Positions 37,635 through 50,015 of a DNA stretch of 64,000 nt are shown piece by piece; positions within the stretch are counted from its first letter, which is position 1, and every line of letters begins with the position of its first letter. The translations under genes and the position numbers were made by a program. This stretch comes from Octopus vulgaris (Eukaryota): positions 15,748,001-15,812,000 of the forward strand of contig OX597823.1 of NCBI GenBank assembly GCA_951406725.2, read 5' to 3'. The notes beneath the pieces are model-generated. The model saw only the letters and a program-made list of their open reading frames with translations, did not search any database and was not told the origin of the DNA.

Positions 37635-37944
37635 AGGAAGCATAGTTAAACTAGGCCCAGCACCAATTCCATGAGACAACAGAACACAAGTACTGCTACT
37701 ATAAGTGCCAGTTTTGAAGGTGGGGGGGAGGTTGTTTTTTTATCCCCAAGTTGTTCTCTCATTGATGAAAAGGCAGTCAAGCCATGATCATTTCATCTTT
37801 TTTCTGAAGTAGCATATCTTGGACTATGTTATACAGCATGTCTTTTTAAAGATGGTATTGTGTGATTTAAGACTTTTGCATTCAAATTACTGTCAAACGT
37901 AATGCTTATTTATTCACATTGTTTTGAATTAATCATGCATTATT

Positions 37945-38355
37945 ACACACATGTGAGTGAGAACACTTTGAGATATTTTTGGTGTCTAACATATGTCAGA
38001 TACTGCGAGCGCTGCTTCTGATTGGTCAATCCATGGTGACGACCCGAGGTCACGGTGACAGTGCTGCTTCTGATTGGTCAATCCATGGTGATGACCTGAC
38101 GTCACGGTGACGGCACTACTTTTGTCATTCATAAGTTACAACTAAACGTGAAGAATTTAGTTATTGGGTTAATAAAATATGGTCGTTTATTCGTGTGTAA
38201 TAAATAAAATACCAAACTCATTCCCTATGGATACCGTATTTATTACGAGTGGCTTGTAAACGTATCTAACGAGCGAAAGCGAGTTAGATACGTTTACAAG
38301 CCACTCATTGTAATAAATACGGTATCCATAGGGAATGAGTTTGGTATTCTCTCTT
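37945..38355. mobile_element. Non-autonomous element with a long sub-terminal hairpin and a 41-bp CCAAT-containing tandem repeat (possibly Crypton-like)
   Basis: Hairpin at 38208-38348; gctgcttctgattggtcaatccatggtga..acc.ga.gtcacggtgac occurs twice; only TTAT is shared at both junctions. Confidence 0.6.
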
Positions 38356-38475
38356 TATCTCATAGCTTTGATTTTTTGATGTGATTGCTTATTTCTAGAA
38401 TAACATTTTAGGTAAGTGTGAGAGGCCAGATCTGGCCAGTTTGAAAATAAAACATATGGAATATTTGGGCTGGAT

Positions 38476-38885
38476 CTCTCTTTTACTTGTTTCAGTCATT
38501 TGACTGTGGCCATGCTGGAGCACTGCTTTTAGTCGAGCAAATTGACCCCCAGGACTTATTCTTTGTAAGCCCAGTACTTATTCTATCTGTCTCTTTTGCC
38601 AAACTGCTAAGTTACAGGGATATAAACACACCAGCATTGGTTGTCAAGTGATTTGGCTGGGATAAACACAGACACACAGATACACAAACATATACACACA
38701 CATACATATATACATATATACGAGAGGATTCTTTCAGTTTCTGTCTACCAAATCCACTCACAAGGCTTTGGTCAGCCCGAGGCTATAGTAGGAAGACACT
38801 AGCCCAAGGTACCACACAGTGGGACTGAACCCAAAACCATGTGGTTGGTAAGTAAGCTACTTACCACATAGCCACTCCTGTGCCT
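38476..38885 (-). mobile_element. SINE family A, full length
   Basis: Head and tail present. Confidence 0.9.
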
Positions 38886-39136
38886 GGCTATTTCAAATGC
38901 TAAAGGGTTAAAGAAAATACAGCTTTTGGCTTGTTGAGGGTAGAATGTTGACAGAGACGGTAAAGCAGCATAATAAAAGATAAGGTTTTGTTTTTGTGTT
39001 TTTGCATTTTGAGTTCAAATTCTATTGGGGTCAGCTTTAGTTTTGCTCTGGAGTCTAGAGTAGAAGTCAATATCTTTTTGTAAATTGCCTGCTTTTTGTT
39101 TGTTACATTTACTCATGGCCCACATGTATACTATTG

Positions 39137-39690
39137 CATCATCATCATCATCATCATCGTTTAATGTCCGTTCTCCATGCTAGCATGGGTTGGATGGTTC
39201 AACTGGGATCTGTGAAACCAGAAGGCTGCACCAGGCTCCAGTCTCATCTGGCAATGTTTCTACAGCTGGATGCCCTTCCTAAGGCCAACCACTCCGTGAG
39301 TGTAGTGGGTGCTTGTTACGTGCCACCTGCACAGGTGCCAGGCGAGGCTGGCAACGGCCACAGTCGGATTGGTGCATTTTACATGCCACCGGCACGGAAG
39401 CCAGTCGAGGCGGCACTGGCATCGGCCACAGTTCGGATAGTGCTTTTTACGGAAGCCAGTCGAGGCGGCGCTGGCATCGGCCATGATTTGGATAGTGCTT
39501 TTTACGTACCACCAGTCCAGGGGTCCTGGCATCTGCCGGGTGCCAGTCATAGGATTGGTTCAATTTCACTTGCCCCAACATGTCTTCGCAAGCAAAGGGG
39601 GGGGGGGGTTGGTATGGGTGCCTGCCTTTGCTTGCGAAGACCTGTTGCATATCTTACCTATATAGGCATCCTCGTGTACCCCTCCGTTTC
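39137..39690 (-). mobile_element. Long RTE 3'-UTR repeat (family D) with internal tandem units and a hairpin
   Basis: Repeated gtgctttttac..../gccagtcgaggcggc.ctggcatcggcca units; stem at 39576-39647. Confidence 0.82.
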
Positions 39691-40012
39691 TACCACAAGC
39701 AATACTTATTAATTATGTAAGTAAAAATTAAACAAATCATGATGCAAAATACCATCTAAAAGCTCAATGGCTCACCTACATTATATCTGAAAAATTTTTT
39801 CGGAAAAGGTTCAAGGTTCACACTCTGTATGTAGTCCACTTGTTACTTCCAGAGGTTGATAAAGTACCAGGAATTCAGTAGGATGGGTTTCAATTGATTA
39901 TACTCTCTTCGTTATTGAAGATGGTCGTTGCACTTAAGTGTGAAATGAGTCTCCATGGCAATGCTCCCTTTGTAGATACCATTCTTGCTATAACGGCTTT
40001 GACTATCACCCC

Positions 40013-40070
40013 CCCACCACCACCACCACTACTACTACTAATACTACCCCCCCCCACTACTACCACCACC

Positions 40071-40141
<71 letters not shown>

Positions 40142-40172
40142 CACCTCTACTACTACTACTACCACTACTACT
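40013..40172. repeat. (CAC)/(TAC)n trinucleotide repeat
   Basis: Directly visible; gives the poly-T and poly-V ORFs. Confidence 0.96.
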
Positions 40173-41354
40173 GTTACCAACCTTTACCTGTTTTCAAGCA
40201 AGCAAGCTTTCCCCAATGGCCAAAAGACATGTTATCATGAAAGATCAGAAATGAACAACGCTGTTTGTATAACAATGATGTTTGTTTATAACTGTTGCAT
40301 GATACACATACATATATATACAGTGGGCTTCTTTCAGTTTCCATCTACAAAATCCACTCACAAGGTTTTGACCAATCCAGAGCTATAGTAGAAAGCACTG
40401 GCCTGAGGGGCTGCACAGTGGGACTGAACCTGGAACCTTATAGTTGAAAGGTGAACTTAACCACACAGCCAAATCAACAACTTATCACAATCATGTTTAT
40501 GCCTCAGTAAAATAAATAACTTTTCCCATTTTTTTTTTCCACTATAAACAAATTAAATTTATAATTTTCCTAAATTATATGAAACTAACAGAATTATTTT
40601 TATCTTCCTTTCCAAGAATAATTAAATAACCATTTTCTAAATGTATTGCTACGTTAGGTAATATATGAACTTAACCAGAATTTCTGTTATTTCTAGCACT
40701 AGTTTCATTAATAGAAAATAATCAGTATATAATATATCTTAGTGTATACAATTGCTTATGTATCTAATGCAACATTTTGCAGAGATTATTTCAGCTGATA
40801 GGCAAAACATGTAAAAATGCCAGCACATTTACAATATCCCACCCTTTTCTACTTATTAAAAAGGCGTTTTAAGTATAATATTCTCGCCAGAACTTCTCAG
40901 GTCTAGGGTGGTGGAATGGCAGACATGTAAGAACAGAAGAGTTGCTCTAAATGATCTGCAGTAATTTACAATTTAATTCCCGTAAATCTACAGTTCTTAA
41001 CCTGGGGAAATTTGCTCTGAGGGTTGGGAGCGGTGGATTTGGGGATTCCAGTGGGGGAAATATTGTGGATGCAAATGAGGAAATTGTTTTTAGATTGAAA
41101 AGTAATCTAAAAAACATTATCATTATTCACACTGTTTTTGCTAGATTTATCTTAATGATTATTTTAAGGCCGTTAATGTTAAATTGATATAAACTATTCA
41201 TGATATGCAATAAATTGTATTGTATACAAAAATACGTTTTTCTTATAAATGGAGAGTGGGAAATTGGGAAGCTTAACTGGTAAAGAGGGGAAATACAGGG
41301 GCGGGAGGAAAGGTTAAGAAGCACTGCCCTAAGTTATGAGTGAAAAAAACTCCT

Positions 41355-41756
41355 TACTCTTTACTCTTTTACTTGTTTCAGTCATTTGACTGCGGCCATG
41401 CTGGAGCACCGCCTTTAGTCGAGCAACTCGACCCCGGGACTTATTCTTTGTAAGCCCAGTACTTATTGTATCGGTCTCTTTTGCCGAACCGCTAAGTGAC
41501 GGGGACATAAACACACCAGCATCAGTTGTCAAGCAATGCTAGGGGGACAAACACAGACACACACACACGCACACATATATATATATATATACATATATAC
41601 GACGGGCTTCTTTCAGTTTCCGCCTACCAAATCCACTCACAAGGCTTTGTTCGGCCCGAGGCTATAGTAGAAGACACTTGCCCAAGGTGCCACGCAGTGG
41701 GACTGAACCCGGAACCATGTGGTTGGTAAGCAAGCTACTTACCACACAGCCACTCC
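41355..41756 (-). mobile_element. SINE family A, full length
   Basis: Head and tail present, near consensus. Confidence 0.92.
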
Positions 41757-43032
41757 GAGGTCACTTTTTGTTATATTGACTCCCTTCGAGTTTGACTTAA
41801 AAAGGTTGATTCAGAACATAAACTTTTCTCACAATATGCCACTGTGAGAAATTGATATGTCACAGATGCATTCTACAATTTGTTATATTTGACTCTAGTC
41901 CCTTGCTTGAAAAGGTTTGCCATTTTCAGTGTTCGTTATGTTATTTACGAAATTATAAGATGACTGATGAAATTCTGTGCCGTCATACTTTACTGCTGTT
42001 GCCCTTATCTGTTATTATCAAAAAGGCATTATATCACACTCCCTCTCTTCTCTTTATGGGTAACAGTTTACTTCACAAAGGTCTTTCAGTTGCAGTTTGT
42101 TAGTAACTTAGTAACCCTCATCTGGCTTAGTCATTAGGGGACTCTCCTACCATCCCCTCAAATCATCTATTGAATAATTAGCTTGAATAATTTAGAGTGA
42201 GTTCCTGGAAAAGTCACTTTCCCACTCACTGACTCATTTTAAGTAGTTATAAATAAGCACCATGAGTCTGTGGAAGCTCAGAAATTCTCTTCTTGTTCAT
42301 ATTTTCTTTTCAGCCACTGATAATGCAAACTGAACAACATTCTTTACTTTGCTGTACCTTTAACTCTTTCCCAGGAAAGTTTGACAAGGCTATGTGCTTT
42401 CAGTACTAATTGATAAAATAACAATCATCATCATCATCATCAGCATCATCACATTTTCAAGTCATAGTCATCAGGATTAACTTGATTGCATTTTCTTATT
42501 ATTTCAATATAACTTCATATAACGATGACATAATGAAAAAGAAAAAAAAGAAAGAAAAGAAAAGAAAAATAAAGACAAGCAGAATGATAAAATCCAAACA
42601 TAAGATACACACATGCAGTCACCATGTGTCATAACTAAACAATCTCTTTATTAGATAAAAACAACAGCAACAACAACAAAAGACAAATGGTTTGTTTATT
42701 CATTCAGTCTATTTTTAAAGTCATCTCCATTCTCTTATTGATGCCAAGGGTTGAGCTGTTGTCAGATTTATTTATTGCTTCACTTCCTCGTCTTGTTCTT
42801 AGTCATTCGTTCTGTTAACTCACTTATATCTGTCCTGATAATCTCATTTCAAGTTTTCGTCAATCTGACGCAAGCACGTCTGCCATGTGGCTTAGGAAGT
42901 TCACTTCTGAACCGTGTGGTTTTGGGTTCAATCCTGCTGTATAGCACCTCGGGCGAGTATTTTTGTGAGTGAATTTGATAGATGAGAACTGAAAGAAGCT
43001 TGAGTGTGTGTGTGTGTGTGTATGTATTGTGT

Positions 43033-43470
43033 CATCATCATCATCATCATCATCGTTTAACGTCTGCTTTCCATGCTAGCATGGGTTAGACAATTTGACT
43101 GAGGTCTGGCGAACCAGATGGCTGCACCAGACTCCAATCTGATCTGGCAGAGTTTCTACAGCTGGATGCTCTTCCTAATGCCAACCTCTCCGAGAGTGTA
43201 GTGAGCTATTATGTGCCACCAGCACGAGGGCCAGTCAGGTGGTACTGGCAACAGCCACACTCAAATGGTGTTTTTTATGTGCCATCTGCACAGGAGCCAG
43301 TCCAGCAGCACTGGCAATGACCTTGCTCGAATGTTTTTTCATGTGCCACCAGCACAAGTGCCAGTAAGGCGACGCAGGTAACGATCATGCTCGAATAGTG
43401 CTTTTTATGTGCCGCCGGCATGGAGGCCAGTTTGTTGCTCTGGCAACGATCACACTCGTATGGTACTCTT
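43033..43470 (-). mobile_element. RTE 3'-UTR repeat (family D)
   Basis: (cat)n cgtttaacgtctgctttccatgctagc plus several tgtgccacc units. Confidence 0.83.
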
Positions 43471-44675
43471 AGTGTGTGCATGCATATTTATGTGTGTATG
43501 TATGAGTATGCACATGCATATATATGTGTGTCTGTTTGTGTGTGTGTGTCTCCTTGTCCTGACATTGATAACATAAACAAGCATTACTGTTATACAACTT
43601 GTGTGTTGCTCATTTTCAGCCTTTCATAAAAAAAAATATATCTAGCCATGGAGATATATTACCTTGCTTGGAAAGACGTAAAGTCAGTGACAAGAAGGAC
43701 ATCTAGCCATAAAAAATCTGCTTCAATGAATTCTGGCAGACCCATGCAAACATGAAAAAATGGCTGATAAAATGATGATAACGATGGCAATGGTAGCTAT
43801 TTACAGCCTGTCCATAACTCAGTCTTCTGTCCTCCTGTCAATATTAGAATCTAATTATCCAATTAGAAACTTTTTCATAATGGCCCATAATCTAGATTAA
43901 AAATTTGTAATTTAGTGTTGCAACCAGAAGCTTGAGCTTTAACTCTATGCTAATTTTTAATTCAATCAATTCTTGTAATTAATTGCAGTTCAGTCTCCCC
44001 TTTATACTTGGAAATGGGTCTAAAACTAAATCTAGAATCTTCATACACAGAACATGTTGAAATCATTTGATGAAATTCTTCTGTAACACTTCTAATGATG
44101 TAAATATCATTATGCAATTTTTCCCTGAGTGCAGAAAGGTGTAAAATTGTCTATATTCCTGGTGGAATTTGAACAGAATAAGCTTTAAAACCAACAGACT
44201 TGTAATAGCCTCCCTTAAAAAAAAAAAAATAAATAAAACAAAAAACAAATTCAGCTCAGCTTCCTGTGACTGTAAATTTATTTAATTTTAAATGTTAGGA
44301 CACTTTTAACTCTTTACATCAAATCTGGCCATATCCAGCCAAAATACTCTACATATTTTATGTTCAAACTGGCCAGATTTGGCCCCTCACATCTACTCTA
44401 CAATGTAATTCTGAAAAATAAGTGGGCACATCATCAAAATCTCAACACTATGAGATAATGCATGATAAATTGAAAACAATGTGGATAAATAAGTATTACT
44501 CTTGACACTTTGTATTACATTTTGTATTCAAAGAATTCCATAATGGTCTCCAAAGCACTATAAAAGCAACTCAAGTGACATCAGTCAATAATCAAATTTT
44601 AGTGAGGAAACTGATTAAATCATTTATTACTTTGTTCAGATGTCTGTCCAAATAATGTAATTCCCAGACTAGATA

Positions 44676-45255
44676 TCTTTATATATAAAAGAGAGGTTGT
44701 GTGCTGTCTGTCTCCTACGATTTAGATTCCTAACTACTCCCACATTTTGCGGTGCAGTTTAACCAAAACCGGGTATCTTATAATCGTGATTCATATTGAG
44801 CCCTTCTGGGTATTAGCGCGCGTCTACGATGAGTCTACGATTTAAAAAAATATTTACCATCAATTTTTCCCATTTTTAATGCATTTTTGGCATATATAAG
44901 GGAAGTAACTCTCTAAAAATTTATTAAATCTCAGAACGTAAAAAGCTACAGTAACACCCCCTCCCCTTTGTGGTTAGCCATATTGAGATGGCTATTATAC
45001 TTTACATCTCTAAAAATGCTTATATACTCTTTTACTCTTTTACTTGTTTCAGTCATTTGACTGCGGCCATGCTGGAGCACCGCCTTTAGTCGAGCAAATC
45101 GACCCCGGGACTTATTCTTTGTAAGCCCACTACTTATTCTATCGGTCTCTTTTGCCGAACCGCTAAGTGACGGGGACGTAAACACACCAGTATCGGTTGT
45201 CAAGCAATGCTAGGGGACAAACACAGACACACAATCACACACACACACACACACT

Positions 45256-45307
<52 letters not shown>

Positions 45308-45537
45308 TACATATATACGACAGGCTTCTTTCAGTTTCTGTCTACCAAATCCACTCACAAGGCATTGGTCGGCCCCGGGCTATAGCAGAAGACACTTGCC
45401 CAAGATGCCACGCAGTGGGACCGAACCCGCAACCATGTGGTTGGTTAGCAAGCTACTTACCACACAGCCACTCCTGCGCCTATAGTTATATAGTTATTTC
45501 CCTTACAAACCCGAGCAACGCCGGGCGATACTGCTAG
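44676..45537 (+). mobile_element. Non-autonomous Helitron, complete, carrying a nested SINE A
   Basis: A|TC start, 3' hairpin cccgagcaacgccggg, CTAG|T end, no TSD. Confidence 0.9.
45025..45480 (-). mobile_element. SINE family A nested in the Helitron
   Basis: Full head and tail. Confidence 0.92.
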
Positions 45538-46639
45538 TGTTTGATAAAAAAATAATTTATTTACTTAAGTTTTAACATTCTTCCACTTTTGGAATCCAGC
45601 CTGGAAGTTGTTTTCTGAGAGTGAGTAGAGGACTTTCTGCAATTCACTGTTGATTTTGACAACAGTGTTAAAACACCAACTTTTGAGCTGCTTTTGTCAT
45701 CTTGAGGAAGAGGTGGAAGTTCGCAGGGGCAAAATGTGGTGAATAGGGCAGTTGCAGAAGTGATACCATGTTGTTTTTGATGAGAAATTCACAAGTGAGG
45801 AGAGCTAGGTGATAGGTGCATTCTCATCGTGAAGAAAGCAATTCTTCGGTTTCCACAGATCTGTTCACTTTCACTCTCAAATGCTTCAAAATGTTGTTGA
45901 TTCTTCTCCGATGATCCTCGCATACAAGCTGATGAATTTTCTCTTGTGGCAGATCTTCCAGATCAGTCATCGTCTTCCAGTTTTTGAAGCACCCATGCCA
46001 CTCAAAGCATTGTGTATGACCCATTGCTTCATCACTGTAAGCTTGCCAAAGCATGCTCAATGCCTCTGTAGCAGACTTCCCAAGTTTAACTCAAAATTTC
46101 ACGTTGGCTATTTGTTCCAACTTCCTGTCCATGACAAAAATCACAGACTACAGCATACATATGATCACAAAAACACAAATTTCACAGCTTCTGAAGTAAA
46201 CACTGCAATGTCACTCTGCACACTGCTTAATGAAGGTCACTGCTAGCTCTCACTGCACAGGCTACCGTGTGTTGCCATCTGATGGCATGCCACAAAACTA
46301 GTACAGGAATTTTTTGATGCCAACACGTAACTATTTCTAATTTTCTTAAGTTGATGAATCACACAATACACTCAGCATTGGTATTTTTAAGCACACAATG
46401 AGTTGATGATGGTAGCTTCCATCGATGGAACTCTTTCAGTTGCAGCTGTTATTATTTTTGCAACAGGAATCGACTTTTCTTTAACAAAACCTCTTTCACA
46501 GTAAGAAATATTGACTCTTTTTATTAGTATCTGTTGCCAAACATCTAACAAAGAATTCTTGTGCTATTTTTTCTTCTTTTATAAACTGACCATAAGCTAG
46601 CTGTGTGGCTTCATTCCCAGGTATTGTTAGGTGATTCAT

Positions 46640-47088
46640 CCATCATCATCATTGCCATCATCATCATCATCATCATCGTCATCATCATTTAACGTCTGTT
46701 TTCCATGGTCGCATAGTTTGGATGGCTTGACAGGAACTGGTTAGTTAAAGACCTGCTCAGGTTCCATGTTTGTTTTGGCATGGTTTCTGTGGCTGAATGA
46801 CCTTCCTAATGCCAACAGCTTTGTACTGGGTGTTCTTACGTAACACCAGCACGAGTGCTCTCATCCGGCACTGGCACGAGTTCTTTTTATATGGCACTGG
46901 CACCTATGAGCCCACAAGATTAAGAATGTTCAGCTGAAGAGGGATGCAGGGGACATGCCTGTATGCAAGGACAACCACATATTTACTTAACTTGATGTGT
47001 CTTCTCAAGCACAGCAAACCACCAGAAGTCTCGGTCTCCTGTCATCCCCTCTGTGAGGCCCAATGTCTGAAGATCCTTTCTCACCACT
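46640..47088 (-). mobile_element. RTE LINE 3' end: ORF terminus joined to a family-D tail
   Basis: VVRKDLQTLGLTEGMTGDRDFWWFAVLEKT followed by a D-type UTR and (GAT)n. Confidence 0.8.
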
Positions 47089-47433
47089 GTTTCTAATGAA
47101 AACTGGACAATCATCCAAACATTTTTAATGGTGTCTTCCTCATATTTGTCCATTTCTTCAAATCATTGTTGTGTTATTGTATTCTAAGGAATTTTATTAT
47201 GTCTCTTCCTGGCTTGTGTAACACAGAACCTTACTAATGACTAGTAGACCCAATTCCTTGCCTATAGTATGTGGCTATGTTGTTTTCAGGATTTGACAAT
47301 CAGTAATTTTTGTAAGAGGCATGTAACACAATATTTTCTTGCTTTGATACAGACAGAAACATACATGACAATGTTGGCTGTTTATAAAAGAGGTCCCAAA
47401 GTGATTTAATTTAAAATAATCTGTATTTGTTTT

Positions 47434-47855
47434 ACTCTCTCTCTTTTACTCTTTTACTTGTTTCAGTCAGTTGACTGCGGCCATGCTGGAGCACCACCTT
47501 TAGTTGAGCAAATCGACCCCGGGACTTATTCTTTGTAAGCCTAGTACTTATTCTATCGGTCTCTTTTGCCGAACCGCTAAGTGACGGGGACGTAAACACA
47601 CCAGCATCAGTTGTCAAGCAATGCTAGAGGGACAAACACAGACACACAAACATATACACACACACTTATATATATATATATATACATATATACATATATA
47701 CGACAGGCTTCTTTCAGTTTCCGTCTACCAAATCCACTCACAAGGCTTTGGTTGGCCTGAGGCTATAGCAGAAGACACTTGCCCAAGATGCCACATAGTG
47801 GGACTGAACTCGGAACCATGTGGTTAGTTAGCAAGTTACTTACCACACAGCCACT
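47434..47855 (-). mobile_element. SINE family A, full length
   Basis: Head and tail present. Confidence 0.92.
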
Positions 47856-48756
47856 GATGAGCATGAATTTTTTTTTCCAGTGCTCTTCTTATCCTTTCTT
47901 TTTTTGAGTCCTCAAGAGAAATTTGGCTGTTATTTCTAATGGATTGACCAACCATATCGAGAATCTGTGATTAGCATGTATTCTCTCTCATTGGCTTGCT
48001 TCGATGTAATTAAGAATGATAATGAATGACTTAGCAACACATGGCAACCTTTGACTCTTTAGGATATATATATTTTTAATCACCAAAAGATGTGATAAAG
48101 TTATTTCAGTGTTATCACATATCATTTATCTTCTTTGACTTTAATTAGTGAGGAAAAGAAAGTTGATAACTGAGACACTAGACTTCTGACTAAACCTATG
48201 ACAGCATTCATATTTTTTCCTCCAAGTTCTTTGTAGATCAAATCTATTCAAAACGGACTTTGCTTTTCCTTTGTTCAACATACTTGTGTGTGTTGTGTGC
48301 GTTAGTGCCTAAGTTGTGTGTACTGGAGAATGTGTCAGTGCATACATCAGGTGTGTGCATTAGTGTGTGTGTGTGTATTTGTGGGAATAAAATAGTATGT
48401 GTGGTGCAAGCATGGCTGAGTGGTTAAACAGTTTGTATTACAATCATGAGGTCTTTGGCTCAATCTCACTGCACAGCACCTTGAACAAGTGTTGTTAACC
48501 TAGATCCTGTCAATGAAATTTTGTAGATGGAAACACCATGCAATTCTTCAAATGGACTTCAAATGGAACTTAAAGTCAACTCAGCCACTTATTCTTCTGG
48601 GTTTCATAATATAAATAAAGCATCGGTCAAGTAGTAGGGTTGCTGGAATTGACTAAACCCCACCTTTTTCTAAATTTCTATCTTTTTGGCCGTTTTTGTT
48701 GTTGTTGTTGTTACTGTGGGCAGTGAATGCTAGAACCATTAAATTTATTATTTATG

Positions 48757-49078
48757 CACTCTTTTCAAGCCTAGCCAGGCTCATGGGCTCGGTTTCCCAG
48801 TTTCTATGGAGTATGTGTTCCCCACCAGCTGGACTGGACACCAGTCCATTGCAGCGTTACTCAAGAAACAGGAAGAAAGACTGAGAGAAAGTTGGGGTGA
48901 AAGAGTACAACAGGGGTCACCACCACCCCCTACTGGAGCCTCGTGGAGCTTTAAGCGTTTTCACTCAATAAACACACACAACGCCCGGCCTGGGAATTGA
49001 AACCGCGATCCTCCGACCACGAGTCCGCTGTCCTAACCACGAGTCCGCTGTCCTAACCACTGCGCCATTGCAAATCCA
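48757..49078 (-). mobile_element. SINE family C with an alternative tail and a 20-bp duplication in the tRNA head
   Basis: Body matches 19284; accacgagtccgctgtccta occurs twice in tandem. Confidence 0.83.
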
Positions 49079-49375
49079 CTAGAAACATTAAAACAAGAAA
49101 CAAAATGTCTTGTGTTATTTGTTCTGACATTTGATGTTCTGATTTCAAATCCTGCCAAAGTCTCACTTTATCTTTCATCCTTCTGGTCTTGCTAAAGTAC
49201 CAGTTAAGTACTGGCTCAATATAATCAACTGTCCGCACTCCCGCAAAAAAAAAAATTTCTGTCTTTGTTAGAAACAATTGTTATTAATGTAATGGCTAAA
49301 CGGTTAACTACCGATAATTATATCAATGAGTTTGTAACAGAAAAAAACTTACAAATGTTTCTTTCTCTTTTCCAG

Positions 49376-49527
49376 TAAGGTCGATGGCTATGGGTTTGAA
49401 CGTTCAGATAGTTTCGACTATGGACTCAATAGTGAATTTGTATCAACTTATAAACCCATCTTAGAGCGACGAAACAAGCGATGGAACGACTCAGTTCCCA
49501 ACTCAAAAGTTCCCCACAACAGAAAAA
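49376..49527 (+). CDS. GRTP1: GRTP1/TBC1D6-like coding exon 2 (152 nt)
   Basis: Acceptor tttctttctcttttccag|, donor A|gtaagg. Translates to (S)KVDGYGFERSDSFDYGLNSEFVSTYKPILERRNKRWNDSVPNSKVPHNRK, which matches the vertebrate GRTP1 N-terminus as I recall it (RIDPYGFERPEDFD...YLVTLTRRAIKW). Confidence 0.92.
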
Positions 49528-49557
49528 GTAAGGGTCACCTTTTTGTTTTGTTGAACA

Positions 49558-49596
<39 letters not shown>

Positions 49597-49598
<2 letters not shown>

Positions 49599-49810
49599 AG
49601 TAGTGAGCTGGTAGAATCGTTAACATGCCTGGCAAAATGCTAAATGACATTTCATACGTCCTTATGTTCTGAGTTCAAATTCCACCAAAGTCAACTTTAC
49701 CTTTCATCCTTTTGGGGTCAGTGAAATAAGTACCAGTTATGCACTGGGGTCGGTGTAATTGATTAGCCCTCTCTCCCAAAATTTCAGGCCTTGTGCCTAT
49801 AGTAGAAAAG

Positions 49811-49851
<41 letters not shown>

Positions 49852-49983
49852 GGTGGCGAACTGGCAGAGTCATTAGCACACAAGGCATAATGTTTAGCGG
49901 TATTTCTCCCATCGCTACGTTCTGAGTTCAAATTCCGCCGAGGTCAACTTTGCCTTCCATTCTTTCAGGGTCAATAAATTAAG
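49597..49983 (+). mobile_element. Two SINE family B copies immediately 3' of exon 2
   Basis: gagctggtagaatcgttaac / ggtggcgaactggcagagtc heads separated by (TTA)n. Confidence 0.82.
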
Positions 49984-50015
49984 TTCTTTTTTTGGAATCT
50001 CTCTAGCAGGGGAGT

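Larger units (their letters stand above)
37868..38907. mobile_element. piggyBac-like MITE family 1 split by two insertions
   Basis: Three pieces colinear with the reverse complement of 3840-4059, ending aatgctaaagggttaa. Confidence 0.72.
44657..46329 (-). mobile_element. Internally deleted mariner transposon, interrupted by a Helitron
   Basis: Minus strand: TIR tacgtgttggcatcaaaaaattcctgtactag; N-terminal ML.QAYSDEAMGHTQCFEWH..FK; C-terminal PYSPHFAPANFHLF (YSPDLAP motif, ~45700-45750). A remnant of the other TIR (ttcccagactag) lies at ~44661. Confidence 0.82.
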
